Of a stretch of DNA of 39,253 bases, positions 22,935 to 33,814 are shown piece after piece; positions within the stretch are counted from its first letter, which is position 1, and each line of letters starts with the position of its first letter. The stretch is from NCBI RefSeq assembly GCF_004010195.1, contig NC_057718.1, positions 67,192,396-67,231,648 of the forward strand. The letters run 5' to 3'. Origin of the DNA: Chiloscyllium plagiosum (lineage: Eukaryota). Below the pieces are notes generated by a model that had not been told where the DNA came from, searched no databases, and saw only the letters and a program-made list of their open reading frames with translations. The position numbers were made by a program, and so were the translations under genes.

Positions 22935-24095
22935 TAACTCAAGGATCAAATAGCTGCAACTAGAATGTTCAAGCTTGTTTGACAGAAAGTCAGTGTCAAT
23001 CAATGCAAATATGCATAGTACATTGTCAATTACAATCTTTAGTTGTATGAAGAGTTTCCCACTGCACACGCACTCAGTCTATTTTAAATATCTTTGAAGC
23101 TTCTGCTGTGAAGAGCAGGAGCATGATGAATTCCTTTGGAAAAAAACATTAAAGCAACTTGTAGCAACAAGCATAGAATGGATATTTTAACACCCATGCC
23201 CTTCAAGCATTGTCTGGTTTTAAATAGTCCAAGCTAAAAGAAATGGCATGGAAATTACATAGTCAACAACTGCATGAATTGATATTTGGTAGTGGATAAA
23301 AAAAATTCTCAACATTTTTCAATGCCTTCTACTGAATATTGTGAAACATAACCCATTTTCTATGGTATTGAAGTATTTCTATGATAATGATACACAAGGA
23401 GCATACATCAAGAAGATAGAGAAGGTACCTCACAAGCTCTAGCTATTCTGATTCAACTCATTCAGTATTATCCTTGAAGGTTATTCCAAGTATTGATTAT
23501 TTGAATGAAGAAACAATCTATGTTTCTAGTTGAAATTTGTCTTTTGTGAGCTTGAATTTGGTACTTCTTGTCTTTTCTTCAATTACTTTTAGGCTAACAT
23601 TATCTCTTCCAGTTTTCAGAAAGAAAGACTTGCACTCTCGACTGCATTTCAGGACATGATATAGGATGTGATCAATCTCCTGACTCAGGGAAAAGTACTG
23701 CCTACTGAACCACAACTGATACCACAGTTCCATAATGTTGGTGAACTTGCATGGCTAGATTTTTACATCTATTAACTATGAATGGATGAAACATAATTCA
23801 AAACCTGAAGAACAAAACTGGAGCTGTAAAAGTTTTATGTAACTTCTTTAGATGTATGGTTTAACTTTAGTAGTAGGCTTAAACCTGATAGGAGTTGATC
23901 AATTGCTTGGTTTTCTTTTCGACTAATGTCTAACTTTTCATTGAATCTGTTCAGTTACTGTGAAATTGCAACCATAAGAGAGTAATGTTTGTCACAACTG
24001 TGTATTTACAGTCTGGTAAGTTTTAGAAAAAATGTTAATCTTTGGCTGAACACGAGTACATAAAGCTAAAAACATGACTGCTATTTGTCACCTGA
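22935..24095 (+). mobile_element. Probable very old hAT (Buster/Charlie-type) transposase relic
   Basis: Ordered remnants: DES-like (22981), W.KL.S.TT-like (23249-23272), IHQE (23403-23414), ELAW (23743); many stops and frameshifts. Confidence 0.4.
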
Positions 24096-24111
24096 CTACA
24101 CATATTTTGCT

Positions 24112-24340
24112 AGGAGGAAGTGAGGACTGCAGCTGCTGGAGATCAGTGTTGAAGAGTGTGGTGCTGTAAAAGCACAGCCAGTCAGGCAGCATCCGAGGAG
24201 CAGGAGAATCGGCATTTTGGGCATAAGCGTTTCATCAGGAATGAAGCCTCATTCATGATGAAGGGCTTATGCCCAAAACATTGATTCTCCTACTCCTCAG
24301 ATGCTGTCTGACTAGCTGTGCTTTTCCAGCACCACACTTT
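24112..24340. mobile_element. Fold-back PLE-terminus cassette with a hammerhead core on each arm
   Basis: ~90-bp inverted arms 24155-24244 / 24249-24338 with a 4-nt loop; same family as 13347. Confidence 0.9.
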
Positions 24341-24419
24341 TCTACAGAAGTTTTACCTTGTGTAAAGAGAGATGTACCCAGATAGTTAACAACTTTCAGC
24401 CAAAAAAAAAGTTCCAGCT

Positions 24420-27400
24420 TTTACAGCATAGAAAAAGGTCTTTGAGCCCATCATGTCCACACCAGCCATATGAACATATGAACAAAGTAGGCCTCTCAGC
24501 CTTTTGAACCTGCTGCACTATTCAATAAGATCATGGCTGATCTGGTTTTAATTTCAACTCTACATTCCTGCATATCCCTCACAATGTATTATCCCCTTGG
24601 CAATCAAGAATCTACCTTTTCATTGCCTTTTCAGAAAGGGAATTCTAAAACATCACAATTCTGTTTTCGATGAGAACCCCTTAATTTTTAAACTACAACC
24701 TAGTTTTAGGTTCTCCCACACAAGGAAGCAACATTTCAACATTCTCCTGGTCAAGTCCCCTCAGGATCTTCTATGTTTATGACACTTCTAAACTTCAGAG
24801 AACACAGGTGTAGCCTGTCTAACCATTCCTCAGAAGGCAATTAACTCCTTCCAGGTTTTGGTTTGGTAAGCCTTTCCAATGCATTAACTGTAATACAGTG
24901 ACTATTACTGATCACAGTACTCCAGATGCAGTCTCACCAATGCCAAACCTCCCTACTCTTGAATCTCCTCACATTATTAGTTTTCCTTATTACTTGCTGC
25001 ACATGCATACTAACCTCCTATGATTCATCCACTAGGGCATCCATTTGTGGATACATGGGAACAGGTCTAGGTCATTCAGCCCTCAAACCTGTCCCATCAT
25101 TCAATGAGATCATGTTTGAACTACAACCTAGCACTGTATAGGAGAAAGAGAGGACTGCAGAGGCTGGACAGTCAGAGTTGAAAAGGGTGGCGCTGGAAAA
25201 GCACAGCAGGTCAGGCCCCATTGGAGGAGCCGGAAAGCTGAATTTTCAGACATAAACTCTTCATCAGGAATGACTTATGCCTGAACATTGACTCTCCCAT
25301 TCCTCAGATGCTGCCTGAACTGTTGTGCTTTTCCAGCACCACTCTTTTGGACACTAACACCTGCCTTTGTCCAATATGCTTTTATACCTTTTCTTAATAA
25401 ATATTTGTTGATATGATTTAAAACTAACTGATTCAGCATCCACTGCCATTTGTAGAAGAGAGTTTCAAGCATTTACCACACTTCGTGGATAGAAGTGTTT
25501 CCTAACATCTGTGCTGAGTGAGCTGGCCCTAATTCTCAGACTATGCCTCTAGTTCTAGAATCTCTAAACAATGTAAATAGTTAATCTTTATCTGCCCTAT
25601 CTTTTCTTGTTAATATATTTAATACTTCAATCAGATAGCCCTTAATGTTCTAAATTCTAGAGAAAACAGGCCTAATTTGTATAATCTCTTCTCATATCGT
25701 AATACCTGAAGTCCAGTTATCATTCTTGTAAACCTATGTTATACTCCCTGCAGGACCAATATATCCTTCTGAAGATATGGTACACAGATATACGGATATT
25801 ATCTCAGGTGGGATATAACCAAGGTTTTGTATTTCTGCAACAAAGCTTCTGCATTCTTGTACAGCAGTCCTCTAGATAGAAAGGCCATCATTTCATTAGC
25901 CTTCTTGATTATTTTCTGCACCTGTTAGTAACATTTCAAGATCAATGCACCTGAATCCTCAAGTCTCTTTGGACATCCAATGCATTTAACTTAATAACAT
26001 TTAGAAAGCATTTGGATCTGTCCTTTTTCAGTCCAAAATGGAAACCTAACATTTGCTTACATTGAACTCCATCTGCCAGAGTTTTGCCCATTCATTCAGT
26101 CTATCAATATCTTTTGTAATTTTATGCTACCATCTACGCTGTCTACAATATCACCTAACTTTGTGTTATGAACAAATTTAGATGTATGACTTTTTATGCC
26201 ATTATCAAAGTCATTAATAAATACTATGAATAATTAAGGCTCTAACATAGAACTCTCTGCATCTCAGAGATCTGTAACCTTTCACTATTTAGATAGCAGC
26301 CTTCATTTTTTTCTTTCTATCAAAACGGATAATTTCGCACTTATTCACATTTTCCAGACCTTTGTCCACAAACTTTACCTTTCTACATACCTTTGTAGGC
26401 TCCATATGTCTTCTTCACAGCTTAGTTTTCTAATTATCCTTGTGTAGCCAGCAAACATTGCGACTAAACTTCGATCCCTTCAACCAAATTACCTCTATAA
26501 TTTGCAAAGAATTGGGGTCCCTGTGGTACACCACTTGTAACATCTTGCCAGCTTGATAACGACACATTCACTCCCACTGTCTCTTTCCTGTTAGTAAGCC
26601 AGTTGTCTATCCATTCCAATATGTCATCCCTACACCATGACAGTTGTTATTTTCATAATAATCTTTGATATGGCACATTATCAAATACCTTCTGGAAATC
26701 TAAACACAATATATCCACTGGTTCCCCTTTATCTAAAGCATAAGTTACTTCTTAAAAGAACTCTAATAAATCAGGTAAATCTGATTTCCCTTTGACAAAA
26801 CCATACTGGCCTGACTATCTTGAACTTTTCTGAATGCCCTTTTACAGGAACATAAAGAACTCGGAGCAGGGCTACGCAATTAAGTCCCTTGAACCTGCAC
26901 CCCCCATTGATACAATTATGGTTGATTTCATCTTAGCCTCAACTCCACTTTGCTGCCCACTATCTATGATCCTTCAACCATTATCTGTCTATCTCGTAAT
27001 TAAATTTGCTCAATGTCCCAGCACTCTGAAGTAGTGAATTCCATAGATTCATGACCCTTTGAGAGGAGTAATTTCTCCTCATCTGTGTTTTAAATCTGCT
27101 ACCCTTTATCCTAAAACTAAGACCTCTTGTCCTAGGTGGCTGCATATGAGGATACATTCTTGTTATGTCTATTTTGTCAATCCTCTTTAGCATCATAGAC
27201 CTCAGCTAAATCTCTTCTCATTCTTCTAAACTCTAGAGACTATAGGCCTAAACTGCTCAATCTCCTTTCATAAGACAAATTCCTCATCTCTAGAATCAAC
27301 CAAGCAAACCTCCTCCAAACTGCCTCTAATTCAATTACATCCCTCCCCAGTTAAGGGAACCATATTGTAGGCAATACTCCAGGTGTGGTCTCATTAATGC

Positions 27401-27560
27401 CTTGTACAGTTGTAGTAACATTACGTTATTTTATATTCTGTCCCTTTAACAGTAAGTGCTAAAATTCTATTTGCCTTTCCTTTTACCGTTGTATAGGCAT
27501 ACTAGTTTTTGGCAATTCATGCACGAGGACATACAGAACCCGCTGTACTGAAGCACTCTG
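24420..27560 (-). mobile_element. Cluster of nested CR1 fragments (3' ends near 24420, 24470, 25050 and 26845)
   Basis: Repeated CR1 3' UTRs (aacataagaac.., cagcc..tgaacctgc), RTRGLSFRIKG..SQRVMNLWNSL, and DFQKVFD remnants on the minus strand. Confidence 0.85.
25140..25352. mobile_element. Fold-back PLE-terminus cassette, diverged, inserted in a CR1 3' UTR
   Basis: Inverted arms around ~25270; minus strand ctgatga-a-gagt-ttat-gtct-gaaa. Confidence 0.85.
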
Positions 27561-28081
27561 AAGTCTTTAATATTCACTTCTGACATTTTCCCCATTACAG
27601 AGGTTAACCTATCTGGCCTGCAGTTTATTTTTTTCTGCCTCCCTCCCTTTTTCAAAAAATGAGTTAAACTAGAGGAACTCTCCCTGAATCTCATGAATTT
27701 TGGCAAGTTAAAGACTGTGCATCAACTATTTCCCTGGTTACCTCTTTTAAAATACCAGGGTGAACTCCATCAGAACTTTTCAACTCGCAGTAATCAGTAT
27801 TACTTCCGTCGTAATTGCAATTTTCTTGAGTTCCTCCCTCCCTTTACAGGTATTTTGGAGATGTTACTTGTTTACTCTCTAGTGAAGACAGGTGCAAAAT
27901 ATCTATTTAATTCTTCTGCTATCTCTTTATCCCCCATTCTAATTTACCAGGCTCATTTTCGAATGAACCAATATTTACTTTGTTAAATCTTTTAACTATT
28001 TGAACAAACTTTTCCTATCTGTTTTTATATATTTTGCTGACTTCCTCTTGCACTCTAATATCTCCCTCCTGATTATCTTTT

Positions 28082-29050
28082 AGTCAACACGGCTTTGAGA
28101 GGGGCAGGTCATGCCTCACAAACCTTATCAAGTTCTTTGAGGATGTGACTAGAAACGTTGATGAGGGTTGAGCTGTGGATGTGGTGTATATGGACGTCAG
28201 CAAGGCATTTGATAAGGTTCCCCATGGTAGGCTCATTCAAAACGTCAGGAGGAATGGGATACAGGGGAACTTAGCTGTCTGGATACAGAATTGGCTGGCC
28301 AACAGAAGACNNNNNNNNNNNNNNNNNNNNNNNNNNNNNNNNNNNNNNNNNNNNNNNNNNNNNNNNNNNNNNNNNNNNNNNNNNNNNNNNNNNNNNNNNN
28401 NNNNNNNNNNNNNNNNNNNNNNNNNNNNNNNNNNNNNNNNNNNNNNNNNNNNNNNNNNNNNNNNNNNNNNNNNNNGTTTAAGAGTCGTGAGATCTTGTTG
28501 CAGCTCTATAAAACTTTGGTTAGGCTGCATTTGGAATACTGCGTCCAGTTCTGGCCGCCCTATTATAGGAAAGATGTGGATGCTTTGAAGAGGGTTTAGA
28601 GGAGATTTACCAGGATGCAGCCTGGATTGGAGGGCTTATCTTGTGAAGAGAGGTTGACTGAGCTCGGACATTTTTCATTGGAGAAAAGGAGGAGGAGAGG
28701 GGACCTAATTGAGGTATACAAGATAATGAGAGGCATAGATAGAGTTGATAGCCAGAGACTATTTCCCAGGGCAGAAATGACTAACAACAGGGATCATAGT
28801 TTTAAGCTGCTTGGAGGAAAGTATAGAGGGGATGTCAGCGGCGGGTTCTTTACACAGAGAGTTGTGAGAGCATGGAATGCGTTGCCAGCAGCAGTTGTGG
28901 AAGCGAGGTCATTGGGGACATTTAAGAGACTGTTGGACATGCATATGGTCACAGAAATTTGAGGGTGCATACATGAGGATCAATGGTCGGCACAACATTG
29001 TGGGCTGAAGGGCCTGTTCCGTGCTGTACTGTTCTATATTCTATGTTCTA
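28082..29050 (+). mobile_element. Young 5'-truncated CR1 with (TTCTATG)n tail; contains an assembly gap
   Basis: VDVVYMDVSKAFDKVPHGRL..WIQNWL; LEYCVQFW; FFTQRVVRAWNALP; tail ctgttctatattctatgttcta. Confidence 0.95.
28311..28475. other. Assembly gap (165 N)
   Basis: Run of N, shorter than the CR1 segment expected between its flanks. Confidence 1.
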
Positions 29051-29282
29051 ATTCTTTCTTCTTTTTATATTCTGTTCAATCTTCCGACCCATCATCTGTC
29101 TTCGCAGCATTATGTCTTCTTTTGAGTTTGATATCATCTTTAACTTTCTTAGTTAACCACAGTACTATCTCTGTCCCTTAAAATTTTTCTTAGTTGTTGT
29201 ATGTGTCTATTTTGTGCCTGGTAGAATATCCCTTGCATCATTATCCAACACCAAGCATCCAGCTATTTTAATCTCCCATGCC

Positions 29283-29901
29283 TGTCTTCATGGGTTCATT
29301 GAAAAATGTCATTTGAGTGTTGACCAGGACAAAAACTAACACCTCTTGAAGCAGATAAAGGGTGAGGAGAAGAAGAGAAAAACTGAATCTTCTCAAAACA
29401 AAGTAACCACATTAATTGTGCCAGGCTTGCAGGTCTGGAAGCCAGAAATTCTCTTTTTCTCTCTCTCTCAAAGCTTTGTCATTCAGAGGATCCTACCTGT
29501 ATAATAAAAGATCGAACAATTTATCCATTGAAGCTATAGCAGATGTTGGATCTGATTTCAAGTGCTAGCTTCTTCCCTTCTAATAAGAGACTCAAGCATG
29601 GGCTTTAACAGTATACTATGATGACTTGTTCAGAGTTTCTTTTTATAAGTATTCTTTTTTGCCTTATCTATACTAGTTTTCACTTGATATCTTTACTTGC
29701 TTAATAATAGCTTTACATCTTTATCCCGAAGAAACCTTTGGTAATAACCATTAACCTGTGTAAACCAGAAGTTTGAATGCAGGTCTACTTTAAATTGAAT
29801 GATAAATTTTTATATTGAATTAATAGGGCTAAACGTAGCCGATATTTTTTTTAATCTACAGTTTGCTGACCACAGTGGAAATATGCCTGGTGGACATGAC
29901 A
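29283..29901 (+). mobile_element. Possible degenerate solo LTR
   Basis: TG..CA-bounded (ends catgaca), CT-run and AATAAA; general resemblance to fish Gypsy LTRs; no TSD seen. Confidence 0.3.
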
Positions 29902-30749
29902 ATGCTTAACTGTATTGTTAAATTGATAATGTGTAAATCTACATAAATTTCAATTTCACCCATGTTATTTCTACTTAATTTATATTGTGTGCATGAAACC
30001 GATTTTTCCTTCTAATGTGCACTGCCATTCGCTCATTTTTATTACATGCCCATTTTCACTATTTAATTTATTTACTTAATTTATCTGACTTACCTTCCCC
30101 AATTCGGATTGATTAATGAACAGAAAAAGAACAGGAATGAACAGGGCAAGCTATATGTAGTAGAGTGTGCTATGACCAGTACCAGGTGAAGGTCCCCAGT
30201 TCATTATGATTCTGGATGGAATACCTCCAAATTGTTCTACTCCCGGGTGAAGAGTGATGAACTGCCTTCCTTTCAATACGCAGCACCTCCTTCGGTTCGC
30301 TACAACAGTGTTAATGCCTTTAAAAAGTGTCTTTCCTTGAGAATACTTTTCAAAGCTCAAAATATATTTATGCTTTAAAAGAAGTCAATTTCACCAGACT
30401 TTCTTGAGTCAAAGGATATGGGGATCCTGAAGGAAGTGGAATTGAAGTCAAAGGTCAGTAATGATTTTCCTGATTATTATGGTTTGATCAGCTTCTGCTG
30501 AGTTTAGATCAGCTTTTAACTCTCTTGTTTATTTTATGGGTAATAACTTAAGTCAATTGGAATCTCCAAAGTCTCCAACACTGACCCAGAGTTGTGGAAT
30601 TTTTTGAAAGGTTTGCTAGAAGCCAGGTTATTGCCCATCAGACATTTCAACCTCCCAGGAATTACCTGCAGTGTCAGTTGTATAGTCACAATTCCTCAAG
30701 TTTCTGCTGCTGCAAAATGACTATCTGCTCATTGGGAAATCTGGGCCTC

Positions 30750-31105
30750 TACCTTCTATCAACATTGACAATCCCACTCTGCAGGTCTTCAGCATTCTTT
30801 GGATCAACAACCATTCTGTCCTTTGGTACAGAAATTAAGACCAGGAATGCCATTAGCACAGCAGACCTGTCAAAGTTAAGAAGGACAATGTAGAACAATC
30901 ACAAACTTACCAAAACAACAAACCTTCACATGTACCATTACCCTCTTCCCCAATTTCTCAGCACCTTCCTTTACAATAGTGACATGCAACTTGCATGAGC
31001 AAAGAACTACAATTGGACAATGTTGCCATCCACTGCACCAGATAAAACATTAGCATCTTCTGACATGAGACCGTGATGAACATGGAAGTACACCAGTGTG
31101 CAAAA
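30750..31105 (+). mobile_element. RTE-clade LINE fragment (post-RT region)
   Basis: PSINIDNPTLQV..GST..LS...EIKTR..LSKLRRTM*NNHKLTKTTNLHMY..LSTFLYNS..V.NMEV matches the RTE C-terminal pattern. Confidence 0.7.
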
Positions 31106-31123
31106 ATCCCTGGATTTTTTTTT

Positions 31124-31220
31124 AGATTAATTAGATTCCCTACAGTGTGGAAACAGGCCATTTGGTCCAACAAGTCCTCCGCAGAGTAACCCACCCAAAC
31201 CCAATCCTCTATATTTACCC
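31124..31220 (-). mobile_element. HE1-type SINE 3' fragment
   Basis: agattaattagattccctacagtgtggaaacaggccatttggtccaacaagtcc. Confidence 0.85.
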
Positions 31221-31954
31221 GGTTTGTTGAATCAGTGGCAATTCTGTTGGCTGGGTCAAGTATGCCAAATTGATAATGGTTGCATTCTCAAAGAAATGTT
31301 TGTAGCAATCCTGCTATTGGCATGGGCTAATAGGTCACCCACATTGAGCATTAGAATTAGGTTTTATTGCAACAAGGCAACTGAGACCTCAAGCTGACTG
31401 GGTTCAGAGTCAATGGGTACTCCTCAATACTGACCAGAGTCAATTGGGATAAAAATGGAAAAAAAATCAGAGGATGAAAAAAATGACCAGATTGCTGAAA
31501 AGTGGAAGGAAAAGAGAACAGTTGGCTTCAGGTTTTTGCTCTTCATTTGTTCAATCTACAGAATTGACTATCACTTACAAGTCAGCCTTTACAGCCACAC
31601 AGGATGATGTTCAGTCCTGAAGTGACAAACATCCAGATGCAATATGTCATCTCCCACGAAGGACAATTGGAACTATATTTTGATATGGGCAGTAATGCCC
31701 ATGTTTTAACCACTCCTCTTAATCTGCTGTCCTCTTATTTCAGATTTTTGTGCCTGGTTCAAATATTCCATGAATCCAATACCAAAGTCATGTATTCATG
31801 GCACATCACCATTATGTTTATGTTCAAAATTGGTGCATGAATTGGATCACAATCAACACGTTCAGATGAAAACATCAATCTTTATTGCAAACACAAAATC
31901 AGCTGTACAATTAACAATAGAAAATGATTGTGCCCACATGCCAACAGGCTCTCA

Positions 31955-31967
31955 CCACCAGAGGGCA
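31955..31967 (+). promoter_or_regulatory. Candidate CTCF core motif
   Basis: ccaccagagggca fits CCASYAGRKGGCR exactly, in apparently non-repeat DNA; motif match only. Confidence 0.35.
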
Positions 31968-32999
31968 ATAATATATAAGGATATAACCTTGCTTATTCTC
32001 GTCACTGTGCATCAATTTGCCATCTTGTCTTAACTAACAGCACTAGGAATACAAGATGAATTTATGCAGCCTCCTGCATCATATGTTTATAAAAGGTTAT
32101 TGAAGCACGTGCGTAAGAATTGTAAACAATGGTATGTATACTGAACATATAACACATTTGACAGGAGTGGACTACCCTTGAGCAATTAAGGGTTTGTTCT
32201 ATTATTCATTAGAGAGTTAAGCCAGAAATATAAAATTGGGTAGCATCTGTGACAGGTTGAACAAGTTAAAACAGGTACCAAAGGAACAGGCTTGGTGTAT
32301 TTGTGAACGGCTGATTGGATATGCTAAAGTCCAGTGCTAAAGGATTCGGGGCCTGTATTAATGAACTACAGCATAAAGAGTGTAGCTTTGGATCAGGTAC
32401 GGCATATCCTGGGGGCAGCTTAGGAATATGTCCTGAAGTCAATGGTTGAGAAAGGATCAGGGGACATCTAGATGATGTGTTTGACCCCCAGTTGACACCT
32501 TGGAGCTGTGAAAGATGTAGACAGGTCAGTTGATATGTTAGGATCTGCAGGGACAAGCTGAGAGCATTCATCACAGGGGTTGGTAGAACCAAATTTGGAA
32601 ATGGAACAGTTCATGCAACCAGGGCAGAGGGACAGGATTTTGAAGATCACTTGACTTAATAAGTTGTCTGATGTAGCTTAGGACTAATGAACCAGCGAAT
32701 ACTTCCCCAGCCATCACTAATAAAGGTAATCAAGGAGAATTGGCAGCCCTGTGACTTGTTGCAATCATTATCAAGGTGACCAGATCACCAGTGTGAACAG
32801 AGATGAACAGCTGATTGTACTTCTGAAAGAAGGGGTTCAAATTTCCAGCTGTACAGCTGATCGATGTGGCCTAGATGATGTTAAGCATCAATAACCTTAT
32901 TGTCAAAAAGGGAAATCTGTGTATGGATGAACTGATCTCCCTGTGCCCATAATTCATTTGCTGAAAGTCTGTGGAAATGAAATGCATGAGTTGAGTCTA

Positions 33000-33370
33000 C
33001 TCTCCAATCTTTCGCACATGTGGTAAACTTCTTTTTGCCTGAATACAGCCAACACTTACTGGACTGTAAGTGACCTTACTGTCACCAGTGGGTGACAAAT
33101 TTTGAGTGATGACACGATGAGTAACAAGACACAAATCATTTTGCCTAATGATAATGCATTCTCTGGAGTGGTCAAGCGGCTCCTTTCACTAAATGATGAG
33201 TAAGCTATTCCATGCAATGGTAGAAATATTAAGGTAGTGTTTGATATTGTGTGTGAAGTTAAATTTCTTTAAAGGACCTTGCATTAGAGAGACACTAATG
33301 TAATGAAGGAGAAATAGAATGGGGCCAAGAATATGGCCTTGAGGAACACTGGAAGTAACAGTGATTCTTA
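33000..33370 (-). mobile_element. Old CR1/L2-group RT fragment
   Basis: VTSSVPQGHILGPILFLLHYI on the minus strand. Confidence 0.6.
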
Positions 33371-33375
33371 ATTTT

Positions 33376-33782
33376 AGAACATAGAACATAGAACAGTACA
33401 GCACAGAACAGGCTCTTCAGCCCACGATGTTGTGCCGACCATTGATCCTCATGTATGTACCCTCAAATTTCTGTGACCATATGCATGTCCAGCAGTCTCT
33501 TAAATGTCCCCAATGACCTTGCATTCACAACTGCTGCTGGCAACGCATTCCATGCTCTCACAACTCTCTGTGTAAAGAACCCACCTCTGACATTCCCTCT
33601 ATACTTTCCTCCAACCAGCTTAAAACTATGACCCCTCATGTTAGTCATTTCTGCCCTGGGAAATAGTCTCTGGCTATCGACTCTATCTATGCCTCTCATT
33701 ATCTTGTATACCTCAATTAGGTCCCCTCTCCTCCTCCTTTTCTCCAATGAAAAATGTCCGAGCTCAGTCAACCTCTCTTCAT
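33376..33782 (-). mobile_element. Young 5'-truncated CR1 3' end with (TTCTATG)n tail
   Basis: Near-identical reverse complement of ~28645-29050. Confidence 0.95.
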
Positions 33783-33784
33783 CT

Positions 33785-33814
33785 TCCTGATGAAGAGCTT
33801 ATATTTGAATCGTC
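33785..33814 (+). mobile_element. 30-bp PLE hammerhead relic between two CR1 pieces
   Basis: cctgatgaagagcttatatttgaatcgtc resembles cctgaagaagggcttatgcccgaa.cgtc at 13457-13485. Confidence 0.6.

Larger units (their letters stand above)
27590..29240 (-). mobile_element. Old CR1 tether-region fragment, split by a younger CR1
   Basis: FLKKGGRQKKINCRPDRLTSVMGKM and AEELNRYFAPVFTRE on the minus strand. Confidence 0.75.

Noticed and set aside
23593..23659. Strong AG acceptor and short terminal exon (LTLSLPVFRKKDLHSRLHFRT*), phase-compatible with 14824
   Set aside because: Lies inside the probable hAT relic, and phase compatibility is a one-in-three coincidence.
31579..31616. Minus-strand 38-nt segment with cag| and |gtaagt sites
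   Set aside because: Stops in all three frames and no other support.
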